A DNA stretch of 64,000 nt, taken from positions 1,024,001 to 1,088,000 of the forward strand of contig CAXXYH010000004.1 in NCBI GenBank assembly GCA_963677925.2, read 5' to 3'. The notes beneath the pieces were generated by a model, which was given only the letters and a program-made list of their open reading frames with translations, was not told where the DNA came from and did no database searches. This stretch comes from Spirochaetia bacterium. Its GTDB lineage: Bacteria > Spirochaetota > Spirochaetia > UBA9216. The position numbers and the translations under genes were made by a program. This document shows positions 28,916-40,072 of the stretch, piece by piece; within the stretch, counting starts at the first letter, position 1; each line of letters begins with the position of its first letter.

Positions 28916-30850
28916 ATGAAAACAATAAGAATGACAGTGGCGCAGGCTCTTGTTAAATTTCTTAACCAGCAGTATCTGGAATTTGACGGAGTGGAAGATA
29001 AGTTTGTCAAAGGCGTTTTTACTATCTTCGGACATGGAAATGTTGTAGGTATCGGTCAGGCCCTTGAAGAAAACCCCGGTGAGCTGGTTGTTCATCAGGG
29101 GCGGAATGAACAGGGGATGGCTGCGGCTGCTACCGGATATGCTAAACAGAAGCACAGAAGAAAGATCTATGCCTGCTCATCATCTGTAGGCCCGGGTGCG
29201 GCAAACATGGTTACCGCAGCCGCTACAGCCACTGCAAACCGTATTCCGGTTCTCCTTCTGCCGGGAGATACTTATGCTACCAGGCAGCCGGATCCTGTTC
29301 TTCAGCAGATGGAGCAGTTTCATGATCTTACCCTGACTACTAATGACGCCTTTCGTTCGGTAAGCAAGTTCTGGGACAGGATTAACCGACCGGAGCAGCT
29401 TATGTCCGCCATGATAAATGCAATGCGGACGCTTACTGATCCAGTCAATACCGGAGCTGTTACGGTCTGTCTCCCGCAGGATGTTCAGGGAGAGGCCTAT
29501 GATTATCCTGAATCCTTTTTTCAGAAGCGTATTCACCGTCTTGAAAGGACAGCTCCGACGCAGGCAATGGTTGCTGAAGCTGTAAAAATGATTAAATCAA
29601 AGAAAAAACCGCTTCTAATCTGTGGAGGCGGAGTGCGTTATTCAGAGGCCGGGAAAGAACTGGTTAAATTTGCCGAAGCCTTCAATATTCCCTATGCGGA
29701 AACCCAGGCAGGAAAGAGTGCTACACTCTATTCTCATCCGCTGAACATCGGCGGAATCGGGACAACCGGATGTCTTGCCGCCAATACACTTGGCCAGGAA
29801 ACTGACCTTGTAATAGGAGTCGGAACCCGGTATACCGATTTTACGACTGCTTCAAAATGGCTTTATCAGAATCCCAATGTTGATTTTGTTAATATCAATG
29901 TAGCCTCCTTTGATTCGTATAAGCTTGATGCGGTACGGGTAACTGCCGATGCAATGCTTTCCCTTGCTGCAATCAGGGAGGCTCTGGCTGCTGAAGGCTA
30001 TAAATCGGCTTATACAACCGAAATTAAAGCCGCAAAGGCCGAATGGGATATGGAACTTGATCGGCTGTTCAGCCTGAAGTATACGGGTCCCGGCTTTGTT
30101 CCTGAAATAAAGGACGGCTTAACATCGGCTCTGGAGGAATATAGCAGAACTCTTGGCACCAGAATGACTCAGACCCGTGTTCTGGGAATTCTTGATGAAG
30201 TGGTTGATCCGAATGCCATTGTCGTTGGTGCGGCCGGTTCGCTTCCGGGAGATCTGCAGAGGGTGTTCCGTGCGAAGAGTGAGCGTTCATACCATATGGA
30301 GTACGGTTATTCCTGTATGGGCTATGAGATAAATGCGGCATTCGGCGCCAAGCTTGCCGAGCCTGAGCGTGAAGTTTACGCTTACCTTGGTGACGGTTCG
30401 TTCATGATGCTGCATTCCGAACTCGCCACGTCAATTCAGGAAGGTCGTAAAATTAACCTTATAGTATTTGATAATGCCGAGTTCGGGTGTATAAACAATT
30501 TGCAGATGGAAAGAGGGCAGGGAACCTTCGGTACAGAATTCCGTTATCGAAACAGCAATACCGGAAAGCTTGATGGAGACCTGGTTGTTGTAGATTTTGC
30601 GAAGATCGGAGAGGGGTACGGCTGTATAACATACACTGCAAGGGATGAAAAGGAATTGAGAGAGGCTCTTGCCGATGCGGCTAATCAGAAGGTTTCAACG
30701 GTTATTGACGTGAAGGTTCTTCCCAAGACAATGACTGACGGGTACAAAGGCTTCTGGCGGTGCGGGCAGTCTGAGGTTGCTGAAAATCCTGATGTCGTTG
30801 CTAAAACACAGGAACAGAAGGAGGAGCTGAAAAGGGCCCGGCAGTATTGA
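28916..30850 (+). CDS. iolD: 3D-(3,5/4)-trihydroxycyclohexane-1,2-dione acylhydrolase
   Basis: [55 protein letters not shown] and GDGS motifs. Confidence 0.97.
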   Translation: MKTIRMTVAQALVKFLNQQYLEFDGVEDKFVKGVFTIFGHGNVVGIGQALEENPGELVVHQGRNEQGMAAAATGYAKQKHRRKIYACSSSVGPGAANMVTAAATATANRIPVLLLPGDTYATRQPDPVLQQMEQFHDLTLTTNDAFRSVSKFWDRINRPEQLMSAMINAMRTLTDPVNTGAVTVCLPQDVQGEAYDYPESFFQKRIHRLERTAPTQAMVAEAVKMIKSKKKPLLICGGGVRYSEAGKELVKFAEAFNIPYAETQAGKSATLYSHPLNIGGIGTTGCLAANTLGQETDLVIGVGTRYTDFTTASKWLYQNPNVDFVNINVASFDSYKLDAVRVTADAMLSLAAIREALAAEGYKSAYTTEIKAAKAEWDMELDRLFSLKYTGPGFVPEIKDGLTSALEEYSRTLGTRMTQTRVLGILDEVVDPNAIVVGAAGSLPGDLQRVFRAKSERSYHMEYGYSCMGYEINAAFGAKLAEPEREVYAYLGDGSFMMLHSELATSIQEGRKINLIVFDNAEFGCINNLQMERGQGTFGTEFRYRNSNTGKLDGDLVVVDFAKIGEGYGCITYTARDEKELREALADAANQKVSTVIDVKVLPKTMTDGYKGFWRCGQSEVAENPDVVAKTQEQKEELKRARQY

Positions 30851-30874
30851 AAGTACAGAAGATTCCTGAATTTT

Positions 30875-30907
30875 AAAAAGCCGGAGTTACTTGCTCCGGC
30901 TTTTTTT
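30875..30907. terminator. Bidirectional intrinsic terminator
   Basis: aaaaagccggag-ttacttg-ctccggcttttttt. Confidence 0.9.
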
Positions 30908-30930
30908 CTGGTATGCCGGATGGCTTTGTT

Positions 30931-32181
30931 TTAATATTCAAATCTGTTGTTGAAGTAGTCATGAAGGATGTAGCAGGAGGCTCCCAGAATTGAGCCTTCC
31001 TCGTTGAAGTTGGAATATTCGATTCGTATGTTTTTGGGCATCCGTATAAGACTCTGTTTTTCTATCCTTTTACTGAGGTTTGTTCTGAAATAGGGGCCCG
31101 CAGTTCTGTAGTCTCCAGAAATAATTACGACTTCAGGATTAAAAACCAGTATAATGTTTTGTATGCCGATGGCAAACCAATTAATTATTTCATCAAGTAT
31201 TTCCATGCACCATGCGTCGCCGGTGTCGGCTCCGGTAAAAATGTCCGACATTGTTATTTCTCTGTCGGTTTTATCGCTGTAAAGTGAAGACTTTGGGTGG
31301 TTTGTCCTGCCGTCTTCGGCTTTTTTGAGTATTATATCGCTGGAAACAAGCTGTTCAAAGCATCCGTGCCCGCCGCAGTGGCATTCTTCCTTATGGTTGG
31401 GGTCAAGGCACATATGGCCAATCTCTCCTGTAAGGAACCTGGGGCCTCGTTTTATTTTGTTTTCCGCGATTATTCCGGCTCCGAGGCCACCATTGGTAGT
31501 TACTATATCAACAATGTTGGCGTTATCCCTGAATCCTCCGAGTGCTTTTTCCGCAAAGGCAAAGTACCTGTTGTAGTTGTCTATGTAAAAGGGTGCTTTT
31601 AATTCTACTCTGTCTTCAATCATCTTTTTAATCGGAGCCAGAACAGGCCAGGAATGAAATCTGGAAGCAGTAAAACAGTTTCCCTGCTCGGAGTCTATTA
31701 CCCCGGATGATGCAATTGCAATTCCGGCAAGGATAGAATTGCTGCGTTCTTCGGGAAGATTTTCCGGATTTTGCCAGGTTTCAATAAATGCAGATATTAT
31801 TTCGATTATCTTATCGAGTTCTTCATTTTCTTTCAGGAACACCTTCTCTTTGTAGAAAATGCTTGAACGTGCATCAGTGATTGCTAGAATTACCATATGT
31901 TCATAAATGGCAATGCTGATCTGGTAGGAGTAGGTTGCATTGAATTTGTACAGTTCGGGTTTTTTTCCTACATCATCAGTGGCAACAGCTTTTCCTATGT
32001 TGATAATAAGGTTCTCTTCAATGAAGTGATCTATAATCTTCCAGAGTGTGGTTTTGCTTAACTGGATCTTTTGTGAGATCTCGGTCACTGTGAGGGTTTT
32101 TGCTTCCCTGAATTCGTTAAGCACCATTCTCCTGTTATTTATACGCACAGAAGAAGGATTATGTCCGCTTTGTTTAGCCAC
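30931..32181 (-). CDS. ROK-family transcriptional repressor
   Basis: HTH (QLSKTTL), VGKKP and GEIGH...CHCGGHGCFE motifs. GTG start with AGGAG RBS. Paralogue of 21567-22817. Confidence 0.9.
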   Translation of the reverse strand: MAKQSGHNPSSVRINNRRMVLNEFREAKTLTVTEISQKIQLSKTTLWKIIDHFIEENLIINIGKAVATDDVGKKPELYKFNATYSYQISIAIYEHMVILAITDARSSIFYKEKVFLKENEELDKIIEIISAFIETWQNPENLPEERSNSILAGIAIASSGVIDSEQGNCFTASRFHSWPVLAPIKKMIEDRVELKAPFYIDNYNRYFAFAEKALGGFRDNANIVDIVTTNGGLGAGIIAENKIKRGPRFLTGEIGHMCLDPNHKEECHCGGHGCFEQLVSSDIILKKAEDGRTNHPKSSLYSDKTDREITMSDIFTGADTGDAWCMEILDEIINWFAIGIQNIILVFNPEVVIISGDYRTAGPYFRTNLSKRIEKQSLIRMPKNIRIEYSNFNEEGSILGASCYILHDYFNNRFEY

Positions 32182-32333
32182 AAATCCGCTCCTTGTTTTA
32201 GGATGTTAGCAAACAATGAGTGTAAAAGCAACAATTATCTGTTAAAAAATAAAAATATATCTATAAAGTAAACAAGGTTAATATATGATAAGTATATATT
32301 ATATATAGAAATATTATATATTTGATAATGATA

Positions 32334-32381
32334 TATTTAATTAACCAACAAACTTGACAAATAGGAGGATTATGCTATTCT
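32334..32381 (+). promoter_or_regulatory. ABC-operon promoter with an adjacent XylR-like operator
   Basis: tatttaattaacCAACAAACT abuts TTGACA-N16-TATTCT (extended TG). It resembles the Bacillus xyl operator as I recall it. Confidence 0.55.
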
Positions 32382-32449
32382 TAATTCATACAATGCAATT
32401 CCCGGAAATATTCAAATATATTATCCGGTAAAGTTCTTAAGGAGGAACT

Positions 32450-33370
32450 ATGAAAAAAATTTTGATGGTGTTACTTATTGTACTGTTTGCAGCAGGTGCA
32501 GTTTTTGCTGGTGGTCAGCAGGATGACGGAACTATCACTGTAGGCTATACATTTCACGGCGCAGCTGATGTTTTCCAGAATACTCTGAAGAATGAGTTTG
32601 TAGGCGCAGCAGAGGCTCTCGGCATGAAGGTTAATGTAATTGACCCTAACCTTGATACTGCTCAGCAGGTTGCTGCTATTGAAACTTTTATTTCACAGCA
32701 GGTTGATGTAATAGCTCTCAGTCCTCTCGACAGTGAAGCTCTTGTTCCTGTTTGTAAAGAAGCTATCGCAGCCGGTATTCCTGTAGTCGGTGTTAACGCA
32801 GAACTTAATTTTGAAGATCCTATGTACTCATATGTAGGTTCAATGAACTATGAAGCAGGTCTTCAGGAAGCTGAATACATGTTTGACAAGATTCCCCAGG
32901 GCGGAAAGGTTGTTATTCTTGAAGGAACTCCGGGCATGGAGCACTCAATTGCACGGAAAGCAGCTGTAATTGAAAACCTTATTGACAAACGACCTGACCT
33001 TGAACTTCTTGCAAGCCAGACAGCAGATTACCGACGTGACCTTGGTATGACAGTCATGGAAGACTTTATTCAGGCTTTTCCTCAGATTGACGCTGTAATT
33101 GCTGCCAATGACCAGATGATACTCGGAGCAATTGAAGCTCTTAAGGGTGCAGGCCGTCTTGAAGGCGTTCTTACAGCCGGTATCGACGGAACTCCCGGTG
33201 CAAGAGATTCAATCAAGAAAGGCGAACTTACCATGTCTGTAGTTCAGGATGCTGTTGGCCAGGGCGGCAAGGGTGCAGAAGTTGCCAAGATGATGGCCGG
33301 CGGAACAGGCGGCGGAAAACGCTATATCATTCCTTTCTATCCAATTGACGGTTCAAATCCAGACGATTAA
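32450..33370 (+). CDS. Sugar/polyol ABC transporter substrate-binding protein (RbsB-like)
   Basis: Spirochaete-type signal (AVFAGGQQD). ANDQMILGA and GIDG motifs. AGGAGG RBS. Confidence 0.92.
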   Translation: MKKILMVLLIVLFAAGAVFAGGQQDDGTITVGYTFHGAADVFQNTLKNEFVGAAEALGMKVNVIDPNLDTAQQVAAIETFISQQVDVIALSPLDSEALVPVCKEAIAAGIPVVGVNAELNFEDPMYSYVGSMNYEAGLQEAEYMFDKIPQGGKVVILEGTPGMEHSIARKAAVIENLIDKRPDLELLASQTADYRRDLGMTVMEDFIQAFPQIDAVIAANDQMILGAIEALKGAGRLEGVLTAGIDGTPGARDSIKKGELTMSVVQDAVGQGGKGAEVAKMMAGGTGGGKRYIIPFYPIDGSNPDD

Positions 33371-33398
33371 TAGACTTGGTTATTTCCTGAAAATCATC

Positions 33399-33428
33399 GA
33401 TGTGCCGGGAGCAAAACCCCGGCACATC
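33399..33428 (+). other. Stem-loop after the binding-protein gene (differential mRNA stability element)
   Basis: gatgtgccggg / cccggcacatc. Confidence 0.65.
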
Positions 33429-33530
33429 TTATCTTGCAAGTCGAATATTTTGAATTGAGTTATTAAATCATTTAGAGTTGAGTTAAGAACTTTATTGAAA
33501 AGTTATTCGAAGAAAAATAGGGGGTTAAAA

Positions 33531-35039
33531 TTGGGTACCAACGAAGAATACCTGCTGGAAATGCAAAATATTATAAAAACATTTCCCGGTGTTATTGCGG
33601 TTGACGATGTCACTTTTAAAGTCAGACCCGGAACCGTCCATGCACTGATTGGGGAAAACGGAGCCGGTAAGTCAACTTTGATGAAGGTCCTCGCCGGAGA
33701 ACATGTTCCTGACAGCGGAGAGCTTCACTTTGACGGGAAAAAACTGAATATTCAGAATCCAAGAGATTCTCTGGATGCCGGAATTTCAACAGTTTATCAG
33801 GAGCTTAATCTGGTTCCCGAGATGACCATAGCAGAGAATATGTTTCTCGGCAGTGAAACCCTTGCTTCAAACAGGATTCTGGTTGACAGGGCAAGCATGA
33901 ACGAGGAAACCGACACTTATCTTAAACTTATCGGTCTGGGTGATTATCCGGCCGGAACCATCCTCAGGAACCTCAGTGTTTCCCAGCAGCAGATGGTTGA
34001 GATTGCAAAGGGTCTCCGCCGCGGTTCCAAACTGATAGTTCTTGATGAGCCTACATCAGCTATAACAGAGACTGAAGTTGCGACTCTTTTCAAGCTTATA
34101 AATGATCTAAGAGATAAAGGAATAACCTTTATTTACATCTCACACAAACTGAATGAAATCTTTGAAATTTCGGATGACATTACCGTTATGCGTGACGGCC
34201 GCTGGGTTGAGACCAGGGCTACTAAAGATATGACCGAGAACCAGCTGATAAGCCTGATGGTCGGCCGTGAACTTACAGAGATGTTCCCGAAGATAAAAAC
34301 CACTATCGGAGATATAGCATTTGAGGCAAAAGGACTAACAAGAAAGGGCGTTTTTGAAAATGTCAGTTTTGATGTAAGACATGGTGAAATACTCGGTATA
34401 TCAGGGCTTATGGGTGCCGGCAGAACCGAGGTTGCAAGAGCTATCTTCGGTCTTGATCCGCTTGATTCGGGTGAGATGAATCTGCTTGGCTTACCCTACG
34501 AGGTGAAAGCTCCTTTCGGCGCAATCGAACGCGGTCTGGTTTACCTTCCGGAAGACCGTAAGGCAATCGGCCTTGTACTGGGGCGTTCGGTTCTTGAAAA
34601 CCTGTCGCTTGCAAGTCTTGAGATGTTTACAAAATTCGGTCTTATCAATGTGAAATATGAACGAGAAGAGTGTGAAACTGCAGTTGAAAAGTACAAGGTT
34701 AAAACGCACAGTCTCGATGTTGCCGTAAAGAATCTCAGCGGCGGTAATCAGCAGAAAGTTGTTATCGGAAAGTGGCTAATGCGTCCGGTTAAGGTTTTGA
34801 TAGTCGATGAACCTACAAGGGGTATTGATGTCGGCGCGAAAGCTGAGATTCACAGACTGATAAGTGAGCTGGCTAACAACGGGATAGCGGTCATAATGAT
34901 TTCTTCCGAGCTTCCGGAGATTCTGGGTATGAGTGACCGTGTTGCAGTTATGCATGAGGGAAAATTAAAAGGTATTTTGAGCCGTGAGGATGCTACTCAG
35001 GAGAGTGTTATGCGGTTAGCAACAGGAGGTGTAAAATGA
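33531..35039 (+). CDS. Sugar ABC transporter ATP-binding protein (CUT2, RbsA/MglA-like)
   Basis: GENGAGKS, LDEPT, LSGGNQQK and DEPTRGIDVGAK motifs. TTG 33531 with AGGGGG RBS. Confidence 0.95.
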   Translation: MGTNEEYLLEMQNIIKTFPGVIAVDDVTFKVRPGTVHALIGENGAGKSTLMKVLAGEHVPDSGELHFDGKKLNIQNPRDSLDAGISTVYQELNLVPEMTIAENMFLGSETLASNRILVDRASMNEETDTYLKLIGLGDYPAGTILRNLSVSQQQMVEIAKGLRRGSKLIVLDEPTSAITETEVATLFKLINDLRDKGITFIYISHKLNEIFEISDDITVMRDGRWVETRATKDMTENQLISLMVGRELTEMFPKIKTTIGDIAFEAKGLTRKGVFENVSFDVRHGEILGISGLMGAGRTEVARAIFGLDPLDSGEMNLLGLPYEVKAPFGAIERGLVYLPEDRKAIGLVLGRSVLENLSLASLEMFTKFGLINVKYEREECETAVEKYKVKTHSLDVAVKNLSGGNQQKVVIGKWLMRPVKVLIVDEPTRGIDVGAKAEIHRLISELANNGIAVIMISSELPEILGMSDRVAVMHEGKLKGILSREDATQESVMRLATGGVK

Positions 35040-36001
35040 GCATTAGTGGAACGATTGGTTATAAAATAAAAATGGCATTTGCCAATTACGGATATCTGTT
35101 TATTCTTGGTTTTCTGATTATTATTTCGACAATTCTGTCCCCGGTGTTTCTTACTCCGACGAACATTCTTAATGTTCTGAGGCAGATGTCAATAACAGTA
35201 ATAATTGCATATGGCGTAACAATGGTAATTATTGCCGGAATGATCGATCTTTCATCAGGTTCGGTTGTAGCCTTTGCTGGAGTCCTTGGAACGAGCGCCT
35301 TTGTAGCAACCGGCTCTCCATGGATCGGCCTTATAGCAGGAATTCTGGTTGGTGCTGCAACCGGTCTTTTCAACGGCTATGTTATTACCAAATTCAACCT
35401 GCCTCCATTTATTGTAACTCTTGCAATGATGACTGCAGCGAGAGGTATGGCTCTTCTTTACACCGGCGGTTATCCGATAATTGATATTGATGCATTCACA
35501 ACCTTCGGTAAGGGCTTCATTCTTGGAATACCTATTCCGGTTCTCATAATGCTTGCTGTTTTCCTCGCGCTAATCGTGCTTACCAAGCGTACCCGCTTCG
35601 GTCGTTATATATTTGCAATAGGCGGTAACGAGGATGCTGCTGTTGCTTCCGGTATCAATGTTAAGCGTGTAAAGATTAAGGTTTTTGTACTTAACGGTGC
35701 TCTTGTAGGTCTTGCAGGCGTCATCCTGATGTCACGAATCAATTCAGGACAGCCGGCAGCAGGTCTTACCTATGAGCTTGATGCTATTACCATGGCTGTT
35801 ATCGGCGGAACCAGTCTTGACGGCGGTGTCGGTTCAATTGTAGGAACCCTGGTTGGCGGACTTATCGTCGGTATCCTTAAAAATATCCTTAACCTTACAA
35901 ATGTTTCCCCATACTGGCAGCAGATTCTTAAGGGTGTAATAATCCTTATTGCGGTAATCATGGATGTTTATACAAAGTCCATGCAGAAGAAGCAGAAATA
36001 A
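35036..36001 (+). CDS. Sugar ABC transporter permease (RbsC-like)
   Basis: IDLSSGS, PPFIVTL, FGRYIFAIGGN and IGGTSL.GG.GS motifs. Confidence 0.95.
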   Translation: MSISGTIGYKIKMAFANYGYLFILGFLIIISTILSPVFLTPTNILNVLRQMSITVIIAYGVTMVIIAGMIDLSSGSVVAFAGVLGTSAFVATGSPWIGLIAGILVGAATGLFNGYVITKFNLPPFIVTLAMMTAARGMALLYTGGYPIIDIDAFTTFGKGFILGIPIPVLIMLAVFLALIVLTKRTRFGRYIFAIGGNEDAAVASGINVKRVKIKVFVLNGALVGLAGVILMSRINSGQPAAGLTYELDAITMAVIGGTSLDGGVGSIVGTLVGGLIVGILKNILNLTNVSPYWQQILKGVIILIAVIMDVYTKSMQKKQK

Positions 36002-36036
36002 GTTTCGAAAAGACAGCATTTGATGAGGTTTCGAAG

Positions 36037-37275
36037 GTGACAAAACGAGAAAGAATGAGAGCCATCCTTAATCATAAGGAGGCAGATAAGATAGCTGTTG
36101 ATTTCGGAGGGATGCATTCCTCCGGAATGAGCGCGATGCTTTACAATGCCCTGAAAAAGCATCTAGGAATGAGCAGCGGCGAGACAAAGATCTACGATGT
36201 GAATCAGCAGCTGGCATTGCCCGAACAGTGGTATCTGGATAAGTTTCAGATCGACACAAGGGATCTTGCATATGATTTTTCTTTTAATTCACAGGACTGG
36301 GCTGACTGGACCCTGCCGGACGGTTCTTCGGCAAAGTTCCCTGCATGGATGAATCTTGAACAGGAAGGCGCCGACTGGGTTGTTAAAGATGGCGATGGTG
36401 ATGTGCTTGCGAAAATGGTCGACGGTGCATTTTATTTTGACCAGGAGATTTATCCCTACAACGGAAAGACTAAAACCGACTTTAATGACATAGAAGAAGC
36501 TGCTTCAAAGGTAAGCTGGATGAGTCTTACAGATCCGCTGTGGAAAAATGCAGGGTCGCCTGATTTTTACGAATCAATAGGAAAGGCTGCAAAAAAGATA
36601 TACGAGGAAACTGATTACTCCATTATCGCTAACTACTCAAATATTGTTTTTGAACCGGGACAGTGGCTTTACAGGAACGATGATTTTCTGATTAAAATGC
36701 TGACTGAACCTGCAGAAGTCACTATGCTTTTCGAGAAGCTGGTTGAGCGGCACTTTGAAAAGCTTTCGAAACTTCTTCCGCAGATAGACGGATACGCTGA
36801 TGTAATCATTTTCAGTGACGATCTTGGAATGCAGAATGCACCATTGATTTCTCCTGACCTGTACAGGGAACTTATTTTTCCCTGGCACAAGAAGATCTTT
36901 GATTATGTTCATGATAATTCAAACATTAAAACATTTCTTCACAGCTGCGGATCTATCTTCCATATCATACCGCATCTTATTGAAGCCGGTCTTGATATCC
37001 TTAACCCTGTTCAGACCCAGTGTACTGATATGGAAGCCGACAAGCTGAAGGCTGAATACGGAAAGGATCTTGTATTCTGGGGCGGAGGAATCGATACTCA
37101 GAACGCTTTGGCCTTCGATAATGAGCAGACTGTCCGCGACATGGTCCGGAAGAATTGCGACATGCTGATGAAGGACGGCGGATTTGTGTTTACTGCTATC
37201 CACAATATGCTTCCCGGCATACCTCCGGAGAATGTCGTGGCAATGTATGATGAAGTTAATTCTATTAAATACTAG
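36037..37275 (+). CDS. Uroporphyrinogen decarboxylase / MtaA-CmuA methyltransferase superfamily protein (copy 2)
   Basis: KRERM.A.LNH...VDFGG, SDDLGMQ, LHSCG, DILNPVQ, FWGGGIDTQ and HNML motifs. Confidence 0.85.
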   Translation: MTKRERMRAILNHKEADKIAVDFGGMHSSGMSAMLYNALKKHLGMSSGETKIYDVNQQLALPEQWYLDKFQIDTRDLAYDFSFNSQDWADWTLPDGSSAKFPAWMNLEQEGADWVVKDGDGDVLAKMVDGAFYFDQEIYPYNGKTKTDFNDIEEAASKVSWMSLTDPLWKNAGSPDFYESIGKAAKKIYEETDYSIIANYSNIVFEPGQWLYRNDDFLIKMLTEPAEVTMLFEKLVERHFEKLSKLLPQIDGYADVIIFSDDLGMQNAPLISPDLYRELIFPWHKKIFDYVHDNSNIKTFLHSCGSIFHIIPHLIEAGLDILNPVQTQCTDMEADKLKAEYGKDLVFWGGGIDTQNALAFDNEQTVRDMVRKNCDMLMKDGGFVFTAIHNMLPGIPPENVVAMYDEVNSIKY

Positions 37276-37302
37276 GAATTTTTCTGTTAGGAGAGAACTG
37301 AA

Positions 37303-38310
37303 ATGAAAATTGGAATCATTGGAGCAGGAAGAATAGGAAAGGTGCATGCTAAGAATATAGCAATGTTTGTCAGGGAAATGGAGATAAAAACAATTGCAGA
37401 TCCATTTGCAAATGAAGAAACTGAAGCCTTTGCGAAAGAATATGGAATACCTAATGTAACAAAGGATGCTGAAGATATACTTCAGGATAAAGAGATAGAG
37501 GCAGTTTTAATCTGCTCATCTACCGATACCCACTCTCAGTTTATTATCAAATCGGCAGCCGCTGGTAAGCATATTTTCTGCGAAAAACCGATCGATTATG
37601 ATCTTAAGATGGTCCACAAGGCAATTGATTCTGCAAAGGATGCAGGTGTAAAGCTGATGATCGGTTTTTCAAGACGTTTTGATCACAACCATAAGGCTGT
37701 TTATGACATGGTAAGGGCCGGCAAGGTCGGAGAACCGCATATCATCAAGATCTCTTCCCGGGACCCGGAACCGCCGCCAATCAGCTATGTAAAAGTATCA
37801 GGCGGTATCTTTTACGATATGATGATACATGACTTTGATATGGCCAGATTTCTTGCAGGCAGCGATGCTGTCGAAGTTTATACCCAGGGTGCTGTTCTTG
37901 TTGATCCGGCAATCGGGGAAGCAGGTGATGTAGATACTGCAATTGTAACTATTAAATTCGAAAGCGGCGCTTTGGCTGTTATAGACAACAGCAGAAAGGC
38001 TGTATACGGATACGACCAGCGTGTGGAAGTATTCGGTTCTGAAGGCTGTGCTATTAATGATAATGATCTGCCTCATACTGCCGCAGTAATGAACGGTGAA
38101 GGAACCACTTATGAGGCCTGTTACAAGATAATGTGGGACCGCTATACAATGGCTTTTGTAAATGAGATGAAAGCCTTTGCCGCGGCAATCATCAATGACA
38201 CCGAAACTCCTGTCACAGGTATGGACGGCCTCTATCCTGTACTTATGGCTGCCGCTGCGACAAAATCGCTTAAAGAGGGCAGGCCTGTTAAAATCAGCGA
38301 GGTTGAATAG
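37303..38310 (+). CDS. iolG: Inositol 2-dehydrogenase (second clade, IdhA/IolG-like)
   Basis: GAGRIG, CEKP, GFSRRFD, SRDP, SGGIFYDMMIHDFDM and NSR.AVYGYDQRVEVFG motifs. Confidence 0.9.
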   Translation: MKIGIIGAGRIGKVHAKNIAMFVREMEIKTIADPFANEETEAFAKEYGIPNVTKDAEDILQDKEIEAVLICSSTDTHSQFIIKSAAAGKHIFCEKPIDYDLKMVHKAIDSAKDAGVKLMIGFSRRFDHNHKAVYDMVRAGKVGEPHIIKISSRDPEPPPISYVKVSGGIFYDMMIHDFDMARFLAGSDAVEVYTQGAVLVDPAIGEAGDVDTAIVTIKFESGALAVIDNSRKAVYGYDQRVEVFGSEGCAINDNDLPHTAAVMNGEGTTYEACYKIMWDRYTMAFVNEMKAFAAAIINDTETPVTGMDGLYPVLMAAAATKSLKEGRPVKISEVE

Positions 38311-39096
38311 ATGAGATTCTGTGCATGTATTGATACCCTGTACACCGAGCTGCCATGGGAGAATCGTTTTCAGGCTGCAAAAGATGACGGATTTGAATCT
38401 GTTGAGTTCTGGGACTGGCGTGTAAAGGATCTTGATGTAACAAGAGATGCCGCCGCCGCCGCCGGAATTAAAATCAGCGGATTCAACGGTGATGCGGATT
38501 TCTCGCTTGTAGATCCGTCTCATAAGAAACAGTATCTGGATTTCATAAAGGAGTCTGTTGCGGTAGCTAAAAAGATAGGTGCCGAGAGTATCACTATTCA
38601 TTCAAACGCTCTTGGAGACGGTGGTGTTGTTGTAAACCATTACACCGAACTTTCTGATACAGTAAAAATCTGCAGTATGTTTGATATGCTGAAAGAATGC
38701 GCTGTGATTGCTGAAGAGGAAGATATTAATATGAACCTCGAAGCCTTGAATATTTCAACCGATCATGTCGGTAATTTTCTGAAATATACAAAAGATGGTG
38801 CCGAGATAGTCAGGATTATCGGTTCACCGAAACTGAAGCTTCTGTACGATGCCTATCATATGCAGCTGAATGAAGGAAGCGTCTGCGATAAACTGAGTAA
38901 TTATATTGATGTAATCGGACATATACATATTGCTGATGCTCCCGGAAGGCATGAACCGGGAACCGGTGAAATGCACTATCTGAATATTATGAAGCATCTT
39001 GAAAAACTCGGATATACCGGACGTGTAGGCAGCGAGCTCTTTCCTCTGACTGATACTGCTGCCGCAGTAAAAGCTATTATGGCAGTTAAAAGGTAA
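38311..39096 (+). CDS. Hydroxypyruvate-isomerase-like TIM barrel protein
   Basis: VEFW, LEALN, LYDAYHMQLNEG and HIADAPGRHEPGTGE motifs. Confidence 0.85.
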   Translation: MRFCACIDTLYTELPWENRFQAAKDDGFESVEFWDWRVKDLDVTRDAAAAAGIKISGFNGDADFSLVDPSHKKQYLDFIKESVAVAKKIGAESITIHSNALGDGGVVVNHYTELSDTVKICSMFDMLKECAVIAEEEDINMNLEALNISTDHVGNFLKYTKDGAEIVRIIGSPKLKLLYDAYHMQLNEGSVCDKLSNYIDVIGHIHIADAPGRHEPGTGEMHYLNIMKHLEKLGYTGRVGSELFPLTDTAAAVKAIMAVKR

Positions 39097-39099
39097 GTT

Positions 39100-40047
39100 A
39101 TGGAGATAGGATTTAATACAGATGGTCTGGGTTTTCAGACTTTTGAGCAGATGCTAAAGACCATCACAGGCCTTGGTGTCAGAAGACTTGAGCTGCCTCT
39201 GGGCAACTGGTCTTCGGCGCCGCATGCCGATTTGGATGAACTGGTTTCCAGTGAAACAAAAAGGGATGAGTATCTTGGCAAGATAAAAGAAGCCGGAGCC
39301 GAGATCATAGCACTTAACTGTTCAGGTAATCAGCTTGCTCCCGGAGAGCCGGGTGAACGGCATGAGGATGTTGTCAGAAAAACCTACAGACTGGCCGAAT
39401 ATTGGGGAATTAAAAAAATAATAATGATGTCCGGTCTTCCTGGAGGTCCCGGCGATTCAAACCCTAACTGGATTACTACTTCATGGCCGCCGATTACGAC
39501 CGAAATTTTAAACTGGCAATGGAAGGAAGTTGCGCTTCCATACTGGAAAGAAAATATAAAGCGCGGAGCCGATCACGGTATAGAACAGTTTGCACTTGAA
39601 AATCATGGCTGCCAGCTTGTGTATAACGTAGAAAGTTTTTTCAGGCTGCGAAATGAAGTAGGCGGAATGGTGGGGATGAATCTTGACCCCAGTCATATGT
39701 TCTGGATGGGCGGTGACCCGATTCAGGCGGCAAGGGCTCTTAGTGAATGTATCTACCATGTTCACGCAAAGGATGCCAGACTTGAAAGACATATAGTGGG
39801 CGTAGACGGAGTCCTCGATATCAAAACAATCGATCAGTATACTGAACGCAGCTGGAACTATGTAGCGCTTGGTTACGGTCATGATGCACTTTGGTGGAAA
39901 GAGTTTCTTACCGTTGTAAGGATGTCTGGTTATGACGGAGTGATCTGCATAGAACAGGAGGATCTTACCATGCCTGCAATAGCCGGTGTCGAAAAGGCTG
40001 TGGAATTTCTTTTGGATGTCATGCCGGAAAGTAAAAATACACTTTAA
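39100..40047 (+). CDS. Sugar phosphate isomerase/epimerase (AP_endonuc_2 TIM barrel)
   Basis: LNCSGN, MNLDPSH, HVHAKD, W.YVALGYGH and IEQED motifs. Paralogue of 24639-25580. Confidence 0.8.
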   Translation: MEIGFNTDGLGFQTFEQMLKTITGLGVRRLELPLGNWSSAPHADLDELVSSETKRDEYLGKIKEAGAEIIALNCSGNQLAPGEPGERHEDVVRKTYRLAEYWGIKKIIMMSGLPGGPGDSNPNWITTSWPPITTEILNWQWKEVALPYWKENIKRGADHGIEQFALENHGCQLVYNVESFFRLRNEVGGMVGMNLDPSHMFWMGGDPIQAARALSECIYHVHAKDARLERHIVGVDGVLDIKTIDQYTERSWNYVALGYGHDALWWKEFLTVVRMSGYDGVICIEQEDLTMPAIAGVEKAVEFLLDVMPESKNTL

Positions 40048-40072
40048 CCGAAATATCGGAGGTTTGATAAAT

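Noticed and set aside
37798-38601. 267-aa antisense ORF
   Set aside because: Shadow of iolG and the hyi-like gene, with no motif or RBS.
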